From NCBI RefSeq assembly GCF_001194135.2, contig NC_069001.1, forward strand, positions 24,080,580 to 24,144,579: 64,000 nucleotides of DNA, in the 5' to 3' direction. The position numbers and the translations under genes were made by a program. The notes beneath the pieces were generated by a model, which did not search any database, was not told the origin of the DNA, and saw only the letters and a program-made list of their open reading frames with translations. Positions 26,053-37,535 of the stretch are shown here, one piece after another. Source of the DNA: Octopus bimaculoides. Taxonomy: Eukaryota. Every line of letters starts with the position of its first letter. The first letter of the stretch is position 1.

Positions 26053-26611
26053 AGTACGTACACGCACACACATACCCCCCCCCCACACACACACACACAT
26101 TCATTCAGTATCTAGTCACTGCCATATCTATCTTCTTTCTAGCTACTGTCATCTACCCCTGTATAATGCAGAGAAGCCATGTATCTCCGCTATAGGAAAT
26201 TACTTGGGTTGTCTCTTTGTCATGCATTTTAGCCTCTCAACACCTGTCTTACAACCATCTCCTTACTTCAAGTACCACCCTCACAAACTTGCTGAGTGAA
26301 CTTTTACTCATTCTTCTTCTTTTCTTCCCTTTTATATTAACAGGCAACTTCATTGGTGCTGGTGACATGGAAAATGCACCCACTAGACACTGTAGAGTGG
26401 TTGCTATTAGAAAGGGCATCCAGACATAGAGACACTGTCAATGCTGGCATTGGAGCTCATCACTGCCTTGCCACTCAATGGATCCTGTCAAATCATATAG
26501 CGCATGCCCACATGAGAAAGGGACTTTAAATGTTGATGGTGTTGATGATACATATATGCACCCACTCCCATACATGAATATACTCATATTTACAAATGTA
26601 GATATATATAT

Positions 26612-26614
<3 letters not shown>

Positions 26615-26652
<38 letters not shown>

Positions 26653-26935
26653 TTAACATATGTTGTCCATGCTGGCATGGGTTGGACAGTGTGACAAGAG
26701 CTGGTAAGCTGGTGGCGGGGGGGGGGTGCACTAAACTCCAGTTTGATTTGGCATGGTTTCTACAGCTGGATGTCCTCCCTAACACCAACCACTTTACAGA
26801 GTGTGCTGGGTAGTTTTACGTGGCACTTCATGGGTGCTTTTACATGGAGCTACATGGGCACTTTTATCTGATGCTGCCTGTGTGCTTTAATGCCCCTCTG
26901 CACAGGTACTTTTATGCTTGTGCAGCATCATGCAT
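26615..26935 (-). mobile_element. RTE 3' end with long (GAT)n tail
   Basis: (TCA)n then TTTAACATATGTTGTCCATGCTGGCATGGGTTGGAC; decayed UTR repeats at 26810-26920. Confidence 0.75.
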
Positions 26936-28433
26936 ATATATATATGTATGTATATATACACACACTACCACATACTCACACATACACTAATATGTGCTTA
27001 TTTGTATATGCATGTAAATATGTGCATACATGTATGAATAATATTCTTGATTGCAGATATGTATTTGGATTTGAGGAGATGTGTGTTTGTACGTGCTTAT
27101 GTGTGCATGCATGCTCGTTTGTGTGTGTAAGTGTGAGAGAGAGAGAGAATAAGTGTGTGGATCATTCTAGGAGTGAAGTTATATTTGATATATGTTAATA
27201 TATTAACCTCTATCTATTTGTTTGTGTGTGTATTAAAATTTCCTATTCTAGTTACAATTACGCTGGAATCTGTGTATATGTATGTATGTATTTCTGTCTA
27301 TATACATGTCTCTCTCAATGTCTGTATGTATTTCTCTCTCTCTTTCTCTGTGAGTATCATTCGATTCTGTGTGATTGTATATGAAGGTGGTGCATTTCTA
27401 TGTAAAGCGAAAGATTATTTCATTAATATTCAGCAAACATCTATTTGATCTCTCTGAAGCCTTAGATAGGAGTTTGAGATTGCTCGCAGCAATCTTTCAT
27501 TTTATTAGTATGAGCTGGCTGTAAAAGTTTCACTTTTCATTCTTTCCTTTCGTTTTCCTTCTCTTCTACTTATTTTCTCCTCCTTCTCCTCTTCCTTCTC
27601 TTTAACTTTGTTTTCATTGTTTTTGTCTTTCATCAGTTGTTTTTCTTCTCTTTGGCAACATCTTCCTCATCCTCCTTCCCCTTCTTTCCTACTTTCTTGC
27701 CTTCTAGTCATTTTGGGGACTAGCCTATATATATGTATATGTGTATGTTTGTGTAATCATATAGATGAATATTTTATATTGATGATGAAAATAATTCTTT
27801 TGTGCAAAGCGATTAGTCAAAAGGCTCAATAAATTTGAAAAGAATCAGATTAACATTATAATACAATAACTTATAAGTACAACCTTAATGAAGAAACACT
27901 TGAAAATATAATCAAGCTATATATTGAAATAAATATACACTAGAGGTACCTGTGAAAATTCCACAATTATTTTGAGAGCTACGAGAGTGCTAAAGTTTAT
28001 TAGAGGACAATGAAACAAAACTTCTTTAAGAAAAGACAATATTCTAAAGTATTTGACACTCAAGATAGTGTCAAGTTGACATAGGCAGGACTGAAGGGGC
28101 AGTCTTCATAACAAAAGATGTGGTTTGCAGAAGAAGGAGGACCTATGACAACTACATCTTTTGTTATGTGTTTTTTCTAAATTCTTCTTCTAACTTGTGA
28201 ATTGTCATCTGTTATTTTTAGTTTTATATTAAGAAATAAACAAACACTAGAAATAGTAACATGTAATTGTCTGTGAGAAAATTTCGGTTCACTTTACTTC
28301 TTTTTATTGAAATGTATTGAAAATATACTGAAAGAATAATGCATGTGTACATACACACATATCTATACATACATATGTGTTTATGTACGTATATGTATGT
28401 ATAAGCATATATATGCATATGTGTGTGTATATG

Positions 28434-28488
<55 letters not shown>

Positions 28489-28689
28489 GTGTGTATGTAT
28501 GAATAGCAAATATTTTAAACAACCATAATTAGACAATAAAATTATAAACAATCTCGCTATAATATTTTTCTGCTTTTACATGTCTATATTGATAATGCAT
28601 TGACAAATGTTAATATGCTTCACTGCATCCGTATTTTTATATCGACTGATTCTGTTAAAGATATGAGATCTTATCTCGGTCTACACTGT

Positions 28690-28976
28690 AAAGTGGTTGG
28701 CATTTGGAAGGGCATCTGGCTGTAAAAACCTTGCCAAACTGACCTCAACTGTGTTTGTGCTGTGTAAAAAGCACTCAGTCCATTCTGCAGGGTGGCTGGT
28801 GTTAGGAAGGGCATTAAGCCATAAAAACCTTGCCAAAACAGACACAGAAGTCTGGTGCAGGCTCCTGCCCGGCCAGCTCCTGTCAAACCGTCAAACTGTC
28901 AAACCGTCAAACTGTCAAACCGTCCAACTCATGCCAGCATGGAAGGTAGATGTTAAACGACGATGATGATGATGTC
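28690..28976 (+). mobile_element. RTE 3' end containing an 8/16-bp tandem expansion
   Basis: (TGTCAAAC CGTCAAAC)x2 followed by TGTCAAAC CGTCCAAC at 28881-28928; tail GTTAAACGACGATGATGATGATG. Confidence 0.8.
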
Positions 28977-29084
28977 ATGTTTGGGTTTGGCAGTTCAAAT
29001 GTAGAAAGCAGAACGTTTAAACTAATTGAAGATGCCCATGCATTTAGCTGATGCACATCTCTCTAAATGATACTTATTAGCTTT

Positions 29085-29628
29085 CATCATCATCATCATC
29101 CTTTAACATCCATTTCAGAAGCTGGCATAGGTTGGATGGTTTGTCTCAAGCTGGCAAGCCAGAGAGCTGCAGGAGGTTCCAGTCTGATTTGGCTTGGTGT
29201 CAACAGTTGGAGGCCCTTCCTAATGCTAACAACTTTACAGTGTATGCTGAATACTTTTAATGTGACACCAGCACACACACATACTAATATATGGCACTGG
29301 CACGAGTGCTTATTATGTGGCGCCGGTGTAACTGCATATTATGTGGCACCAGCACAGGATTCTTGCAGGCCAATCCCCTTAACCAGGATATGTGACCTTA
29401 ACACTTCTACTGTGGAGGACGGGGGTCTTCTTGAGTAGAGCAAAATGTCAGGTATCTTGATCCTTGGTCATCTCATCTGAAGGGTTCAGCATTCTGAGGT
29501 TGTCCTTCAGTACTTTGTCCCATGTCTTCCTAGGTTTCCCTCTTCCATGAGTTCCTGGCTCTTCTTTATGTCCGCATCCATCCACATCACATGACCAAAC
29601 CAGCACAGCTTTCTCTCCTGCACAATTT
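29085..29628 (-). mobile_element. RTE LINE: ORF2 C-terminus plus 3' UTR and tail
   Basis: Minus strand IVQERKLCWFGHVMWMD..GRGKPRKTWDKVLKDNLRML..MTKDQDT, the typical RTE end; (GAT)n tail at 29085-29100. Confidence 0.8.
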
Positions 29629-29769
29629 TCTAATTAGAATCCAATGCATCAAAGGTCCTTCCCATGCCAGAGATACATAAGGCTGGTTTTCTGGATTGTG
29701 TGGCATATAAAGTTTCTGTCACTGGATGGGATATCAGTTTTGCAAAATTACTAACTTTGGCCTGCTGAG

Positions 29770-30045
29770 TGAACTAAGTTATGGGGATATAAATACACCA
29801 ACCACGGTTGTGAAGTGGTGATGGAGGACAAACAATGACACACACAGAAGTACACACACACACACACACACATATGATATAAGGGCTTCTTTCAATTTCC
29901 TTCTGACAAATCCATTCACATGGCTTTGGTTGGCCTGAGGCTATAGTAAAAGACACTTACGCAAGGTGCTATGCAATGAGACTGAACCCAGGACCATGTG
30001 GTTGGCAAGCAAGATCCTTATCACACAGTCACACCTGTGCCTATA
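29770..30045 (-). mobile_element. SINE family B
   Basis: Shared head and body sequence. Confidence 0.75.
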
Positions 30046-30058
30046 AAAAAAAACCATC

Positions 30059-30156
30059 TGCCCTTGGTGAGACTCAAACTCACAACCTTCACATATCTGC
30101 TGGCTTCTACTCTCTATAGAGTGAACTGTCTATAAAGTATGTTGTGCTACTGGGGC
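30059..30156 (-). pseudogene. Degenerate intron-containing tRNA-Ile(TAT)-like gene with Pol III T-run terminator
   Basis: GCCCCAGTAGCACAAC..ATACTTTATAGACAGT..GAAGGTTGTGAGTTTGAGTCTCACCAAGGGCA then GATGG and a T run; acceptor-stem ends pair; most of the D arm is deleted. Confidence 0.5.
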
Positions 30157-31433
30157 AGCTGTGATTCATTCTTTCATGAATTTGGTCATCAACTCGAAAC
30201 CTCTATCAGTTCTTCTCTTGTGCAAAAGAACTTAGTGTGATATTGTTCTCATTGTGTAACTCTTGATCTATGATCAAATATGTCACAGATATAATGATTT
30301 CAGTTTGTGTTGTTCACTAATTTCTAGACAAAGGGTATCAAAGACTGTCCTTTTTTATTTACACAGATACAGTATAATTTGAGAATGATAATGTGTATAA
30401 AGGACTCTATTAGTCAATATTTTAGTGAGGAAATCTAATAAGACAGAAATAAGTCCATTCCATTGCTTTCACCAATTGGTTTTATAGACCAGATCCACTC
30501 CAAATCACTCTTGTATAGCATTTTCTGTATTTTCTAAAATTTCACTTCACTGATCTTACTATAGTCATCTCCCTTTTTGTTGCATTTAGATCTGGTTTTA
30601 TTTACAGCAAGAGGGCGTTTTTGTCTGCTAATTGCATGGTTTATCTCAGTTCATTAATGATTTTCAACACACTGTATTATATATGTAAGTGTCCTTCCCA
30701 TAAGTTGGTCAAAACAGACAATCAACTCTCTGAATTTGTAGAGAAAGTGCAATAACTTTTGACAATATCTCATGACTGTGTAATTCGGTAGACACTGAGA
30801 AAGCTATGAATAGATAAATGGCTATTGAGAGCAATTTAGGCTCTGCGTAATTATGTCATTAATGTTGTACACTTGCATCAGTGGGGAAAATTTTTATTAT
30901 TATTAATTATATTATATAGTATTATTACTATTTCCTTTCTCAGTTAAATGATCTAATACTAGTTTATGGCCCTGAGGTGCAACTTATGACAAGTAATTTT
31001 GGATCTTAAAGCCTTTTATACTTATTTTATTTGTAATCTAATCACAAACTCTAACACATTTCATAATGACTTAGAGGTTCATAATAAAGTGCTTTTGGGG
31101 AAGCATTACTCTAATATTGATTAGTATGTTAGTTAAGCTAAAGTCTAAAGCTTCAGGCCTGACTTTGTTACGTGCAATCATGATTTATCTAAGTCTACTC
31201 ATTTATTGTATTTGCTTTACAAGATATTTCTTCTTGAACTCTCGTTTATTGCTCATATTGCATTTTATGGCATACAAATTGGAATTTTTCTGACCAAGAC
31301 TTACAGCCAAAATAAGTAGGTCAACTTATATGCCAAGATAAATTTGAGGGTACAAAAACTCCATGTGAACAGCACCAGAATTTGATAAAAGAGTGGAATC
31401 TTTGCACTACATGTTTATGCTACATCAGCTTAT

Positions 31434-31630
31434 ATGAGAAGGTGCTGAAAAGTTCCTGGCTTTGGGCAAAAGAAAGTACAGGAAGATCAGTTAAATATGA
31501 TTTAATCAACACACTTATTGCAGTGGTCCTTCAGTTTTTCTAAGCCCTGTTGAAGAACTTGGAAGGTTGGGCCTCCAGCCAAACCTTTCATGATACCCTT
31601 AAGGCCAAGAACTGTTCAGCACTCAGAAAA
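31434..31630 (-). mobile_element. Mariner 3' fragment (second subfamily)
   Basis: TIR-like GAGAAGGTGCTGAAAAGTTCCTGGCTT; minus strand WLEAQPSKFF../LEKLKDHCNKCV. Confidence 0.6.
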
Positions 31631-31903
31631 TACAATACATTTTTCAATCTTTTTCTTCTAATTTTGTTCAATAGCTTAGTCTATAACATTTTACTTTCAA
31701 GGCCTCCGAGAATGGGACAAAATTGTGCTATGACTGAAGAACATGCAATATGGTGAACTCAACAAATGCTGGCAATGATTACAGGTATGTTGAAATAAAT
31801 CTATTACCTACTTAATGGATGAAAGTCTTATTCCAAGATCTCTGATAATTTCCAGTAATAGTTCCATTCTTACCATTCATACACATCACTCTGCACAATT
31901 TCT

Positions 31904-32136
31904 TATTTCTTTATTGCCCACAAGGGGCTAAACATAGAGGGGACAAACAAGGACAGACAAAGGGATTAAGTCGATTACATCGACCCTAGTGCGTAACTGA
32001 TACTTAATTTATCGCCCCCGAAAGGATGAAAGGCAAAATCGACCTCGGCGGAATTTGAACTCAGAATGTAACGCAGACGAAGTACTGCAAAGCATTTCGC
32101 CCGGTGTGCTTACGTTTCTGTCAGCTCGCCGCCTTG
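31904..32136 (-). mobile_element. Young family A SINE (new tail) with 22-bp TSD
   Basis: CACATCACTCTGCACAATTTCT at 31882-31903 and 32137-32158. Confidence 0.92.
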
Positions 32137-32349
32137 CACATCACTCTGCACAATTTCTAAAACACCATTCTGCATAATTCTTACATTTCAGTCTTCATTA
32201 TTGATAAACCTTCCTTTTATGTCTTTTTTCACTGTTCTTGAAACGAGATTCTACATCAATGTTTCTCAACCATTCCCGCTGTCACATTCTAGCCTTTCTT
32301 CACCTGGCACCAGGCCACCTCTTCCAATGTCCCCTCCCCTCTGAAAGGA

Positions 32350-32700
32350 TCTTTGTCTTGTAAGTTACTCAGTGACCCTGCCAGTGCTAGTGTAATGTAA
32401 AAAGCTTCCAGTCCACACTGTAAAGTGGTTGGCATGTGGAAGGGCATCCAGCTATGAGAACCATGTCAAAAATGACCTCACCTGTGTTCATTCCATGTAA
32501 AAAGCACTCAGTCTACTCTGTGGGTGGGGTTGGGATTTGGAGGTTTGGAAGGGCATCCAGCCATAAAATAAACCATCCCAAATTAGTGAAACCTGGTGCA
32601 GTTTTCTGGCTGCTCAGCACCTGTCAAACCATCTCACTCATGCCAGCATAGAAAACAGACATTAAATACTGTTGCTGCTGCTGATAATGATGATGATGAT
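32350..32700 (+). mobile_element. RTE 3' end
   Basis: Shared UTR and tail. Confidence 0.7.
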
Positions 32701-32809
32701 TGATCCCTTTGAGTCCTGTTTTACTCAGGTGAACCCTCATAGCCCTTCGATGTTTAAAAACTCCTAAATATTATTAGGAGTTGTATAGAAATAGTTCAAG
32801 TGTTTTATT

Positions 32810-33140
32810 TTTTTATTCTCTTACTTTTTTCAGTCATTGGATTGCGGCCATGCTGGAGCACCGCCTATAGCCGAACAAATCGACCCCAGCACTTATTCTT
32901 TGTAAGCCTAGTACTTATTCTATTGGTCTCTTTTGCTGAACTGCTAAGTTACGGGGACATAAACACACCAGACACATACACACACACAACAGGCTTCCTT
33001 CAGTTTCGTATACCAAATACACTCAAGGCTTTGGTTGGCCCGAGGCTATAGCAGAAGCCATATGCCCAAGGTGCCACACAGTGGGACTGAACGTGGAACC
33101 ATGTGGTTGGGAAGCCGGCTACTTACCACACAGCCACTCC
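32810..33140 (-). mobile_element. SINE family B
   Basis: Shared tail, body and head. Confidence 0.8.
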
Positions 33141-33477
33141 TACATATTGTAGAAGTATAAACAAATTATTACAAATAAATCTTAACAACAAAAATCTTAT
33201 ATGGAGCTACAAGGGCCATATGGACCTTGGCTCACGTATCATTCTACACTTTTCTTCACATGCCATGACACACTGCTCTTATATCTTGTTCTAGAAATTT
33301 CCTATCATTCCATTTTGCCATTCTGTTGCTATTCCTTTTGCACATGCATCATGCATTATTTTATTTGTTCCGTATGTTATCTTCAGAACAAATTTACCTT
33401 TTCTCTCTTGTTTCCAGAGGAAATTAGCTTAACATTAACCAATCCATCATGGAAGTAATTTTAAAGAGGCACTTAAT

Positions 33478-33895
33478 GATAATATCAACATCATCATTAT
33501 CACCATCATCATCACCATCCATCATCATCATCATCATCATCACTATCATCATCATCATCATATTACTGTCACTGTTATCATCATCATTGCTGTCGTCGTC
33601 ATCGTCATCATCATCATCATCATCATTGTCATCATCATCATCATCATTATCATCATCATCACCATTGTTTTTGATATTGTTACTGTTGTCGTCATCATCA
33701 GTTTTATCATCACTATCATCATCATCATCGTCAACATTGTTGTCATCATCATCATCATCATTGTTGTCTTTATCATTGCCATCATTATCATCATCATCAT
33801 CATCTTCATCATTGTCATCATTGCTGCCATTGTTATTGTTGTTGTCATCTTCGTTTTAACCATCATTGTCATTGTCATCATTATCACCACCATAA
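33478..33895. repeat. ~415-bp degenerate (ATC/GTC/TTG)n triplet tract
   Basis: Directly visible; source of the poly-Ser and poly-Met ORFs. Confidence 0.95.
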
Positions 33896-35999
33896 TTACA
33901 TTGATTGTTCCATGTAGGCATGAGTTAGATGGACCGCATAGCAAATCAACAGTCACGTGGCCCTTTTTTGTGGGGGGCACCTAGAATGGTAAAGAAACTG
34001 GCCTTGTTTTGTGCCTGTTTCATGTCATTATATCCCTTCCCTTTTCAACATGGCTTATACAGCTGGAAGCCCTTCCAATTACTGAACATTTTGCAGCATC
34101 AATTGACTGTATATCATTGTGCCCCTGGCACCGAGTCATCGTCAACAAAGAATCCCCTCTTTATTATCTCATGTCTATTGGCCCCTTTTACAAAATGCTA
34201 ATAAGAAAAAATAGTCATGGAGAAGAAAAATTAATGCAGGTTATTGATTGATATTACATTGATACCTTAGGTTGTGAGCTGGTGAATCGTTGGCATGCCG
34301 GGCAAAACACTTAGCAACATCTCATCTGTCTTNNNNNNNNNNNNNNNNNNNNNNNNNNNNNNNNNNNNNNNNNNNNNNNNNNNNNNNNNNNNNNNNNNNN
34401 NNNNNNNNNNNNNNNNNNNNNNNNNNNNNNNNNNNNNNNNNNNNNNNNNNNNNNNNNNNNNNNNNNNNNNNNNNNNNNNNNNNNNNNNNNNNNNNNNNNN
34501 NNNNNNNNNNNNNNNNNNNNNNNNNNNNNNNNNNNNNNNNNNNNNNNNNNNNNNNNNNNNNNNNNNNNNNNNNNNNNNNNNNNNNNNNNNNNNNNNNNNN
34601 NNNNNNNNNNNNNNNNNNNNNNNNNNNNNNNNNNNNNNNNNNNNNNNNNNNNNNNNNNNNNNNNNNNNNNNNNNNNNNNNNNNNNNNNNNNNNNNNNNNN
34701 NNNNNNNNNNNNNNNNNNNNNNNNNNNNNNNNNNNNNNNNNNNNNNNNNNNNNNNNNNNNNNNNNNNNNNNNNNNNNNNNNNNNNNNNNNNNNNNNNNNN
34801 NNNNNNNNNNNNNNNNNNNNNNNNNNNNNNNNNNNNNNNNNNNNNNNNNNNNNNNNNNNNNNNNNNNNNNNNNNNNNNNNNNNNNNNNNNNNNNNNNNNN
34901 NNNNNNNNNNNNNNNNNNNNNNNNNNNNNNNNNNNNNNNNNNNNNNNNNNNNNNNNNNNNNNNNNNNNNNNNNNNNNNNNNNNNNNNNNNNNNNNNNNNN
35001 NNNNNNNNNNNNNNNNNNNNNNNNNNNNNNNNNNNNNNNNNNNNNNNNNNNNNNNNNNNNNNNNNNNNNNNNNNNNNNNNNNNNNNNNNNNNNNNNNNNN
35101 NNNNNNNNNNNNNNNNNNNNNNNNNNNNNNNNNNNNNNNNNNNNNNNNNNNNNNNNNNNNNNNNNNNNNNNNNNNNNNNNNNNNNNNNNNNNNNNNNNNN
35201 NNNNNNNNNNNNNNNNNNNNNNNNNNNNTATATATATACATATATATATATATATATAGTGGCGACTCCGGCACTCTGGCTGTTTAGGCTTAGCTCATGT
35301 ATAAATTCAGTAATGTGAACTTGTATTTGCAAGCTGATTTAATTTCTGCCAACACTGACTTCAAGTATGTAATTGCAGCCAATAACTCAGGCTCCTTTTA
35401 TTGAGCTTGGTCGCAGTTCATTTATTTTCTTTTAGCATCTGGTAGTCATCTTAAAGGTGCCCTGTGTCAGAAAAATATCATTCATAGCAGTTGTCTTGAC
35501 ATCATTCACACATGCCTGACTTGGGCTCAAAAGTTACAGCCCGAGTTGTTATCTATAATCGTAAAAATTAAAAGTAATTCAAATTCAATGTTTTCTTGAA
35601 ACAATAAATTTCTATAGAAATTCAGATTGAAGTTCCAATCTATGGAAAGTTTCCGTTCTACAATATTCTTAAAGGAAAGGAAAACTATCCAGCAAATCAA
35701 GCGTATACAACTGAGCCTGGTTGGTGTAAAAAACTGGCATCTCTTGACAAGAGTATACAGGCAACAGTCAGACCAATGGTGTTTGTTGTGCACTCTGCTG
35801 TCATTATTTGATTGCTGTTATTCTGTGTGTCTGTGTGTAAAGATCAGTTGTGTTTTGCAGGGTTGCTTTATTTTTACTCCTATATTAGAAATGGAGAAAG
35901 ACATAGTGCTAGATATAAAAAATAAGCCATTTGGGGCTAGAAATAAAGTGGTAAAATGTGAAATTCTTTGAGCAGGTGAGCAAACTCTGTGATGAGCCT

Positions 36000-36455
36000 G
36001 AGTGACACTTATGAAAGTTATGTCCCCCAAATGATTCTGTAAACTACAAAACAAATGGTAGTCTAAAGGAGCAAGGTCGAAAGTATAAGGTGGATGAGGA
36101 ATTTTTTCCCAACCAAGCTCTTCCATTTTCCCATGAAGTTCCCTTTTCAGTTGTGGTTGAGTTTTTTCCCTTTTACCAAGACAGTGTTTATGACATTTAA
36201 CATTTCGATAGAAGATCGATTTTGCATCACCAGTCACAAGTCTATCGAAAAAGGGTGAAATGAGTTTGCGAGAATGGAGAGAAGAGCAGATGTCAACTTG
36301 GGATTTGCAGTTGCTTTTGGACAATTCATGAGGCACCCATTTTCCAAGTTTAGGAACTTTTCCAAGTTGTTGAAGATAACAATGAACAGTTGTATGGTTT
36401 GAACCAAGCTTTATTGCCAATTCTTCAACTAATAATGCAGGATTTTCTTCAAGTA
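36000..36455 (-). mobile_element. Internally deleted mariner (DD34D-type) transposase remnant
   Basis: GKVPKLGKWVPHELS..LVTGDAK..LHGK|MEELGWEKIPHPPYTFDLAPLDYHLF; the middle catalytic block is missing; runs into the 100-N gap. Confidence 0.85.
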
Positions 36456-37011
36456 NNNNNNNNNNNNNNNNNNNNNNNNNNNNNNNNNNNNNNNNNNNNN
36501 NNNNNNNNNNNNNNNNNNNNNNNNNNNNNNNNNNNNNNNNNNNNNNNNNNNNNNNTCATTCGTATCTAACAGTTGTTTTAAGAGGTTGATTCATTTCCCT
36601 TAGCAGCAAGGAAGTGATGCTAGTTCTCTTTGTGAATATAACTGTCATTGTATCTGAGATATATTTAATATCATCTAGTTTTTATATACCTCCTTGGGGA
36701 ATGGCTTCTGCCAATATAGTTTTAAGATTTCAAAAATGAAAATAACAAAAATATAATAATTACTTAATTAGGGGAGATAAATCTACATCAATAGTACATC
36801 AAAGCTAAAATTGCAATAGATATCAGCATCATATTCTCTGATTATTTTCCACTCAATAACCATGTTAAGACCTAAGTCATTTCATATACATATATATAAA
36901 ATCACATATGTGTGTATGCACACACACACACACACACATACACATACATGTATATACATATATATGTATATTTATATAAGCATATATGTGTATATATGGA
37001 TATTTATAGAA

Positions 37012-37054
<43 letters not shown>

Positions 37055-37182
37055 TACATATATATATCTATACACAGATCTATATATGTATATATATAAA
37101 TATGTCTGTGTATATGAGGATACATTATGATGTGTCTATATTGTATAGTATTTTGATATATATACATATATGTATATATATC

Positions 37183-37371
37183 GTGCGGGTGACACGTAAA
37201 AGCACCCACTACACTCTCTGAGTGGTTGGCGTTAGGAAGGGCATCCAGCTGTAGAAACTCTGCCAAATTAGATTGGAGCCTGGTGTAGCCATCCGGTTGC
37301 ACCAGTCCTCAGTCAAATCGTCCAACCCATGCTAGCATGGAAAGCGGACGTTAAACGATGATGATGATGAT
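37183..37371 (+). mobile_element. Young 5'-truncated RTE terminus inserted in a (TA)-rich tract
   Basis: CpG-retaining; GCTAGCATGGAAAGCGGACGTTAAACGATGATGATGATGA. Confidence 0.85.
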
Positions 37372-37454
37372 AAGTATACACACACACACATAGATACATA
37401 TATATATATATATATATATGTGTGTATGTGTATTTACACATATACACACACACA

Positions 37455-37535
37455 GATAGATAGATAGATATTTAGATAGATAGATAAATAGACAGATAGA
37501 CAGACAGATAGACAGATAGATAGATAGATAGATAT
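37455..37535. repeat. (GATA)/(GACA) tetranucleotide tract
   Basis: Directly visible; a similar (ATCT)n tract is at ~3300-3345. Confidence 0.9.

Noticed and set aside
31702-31784. CYD-TGA read as a CxxU selenoprotein motif
   Set aside because: No resemblance to known selenoprotein families, no SECIS seen, and stops in all frames.
33449-33980. Poly-Ser/Ile/Met ORFs, and similar poly-His/Thr/Val ORFs at 7.3-7.7 kb and 56.2-56.9 kb
   Set aside because: Translations of triplet microsatellites with no splice or domain support.
35606-35810. ~67-codon open frame (IEVPIYGKFPFYNILKG...)
   Set aside because: No recognisable homology, early start codon or convincing donor.
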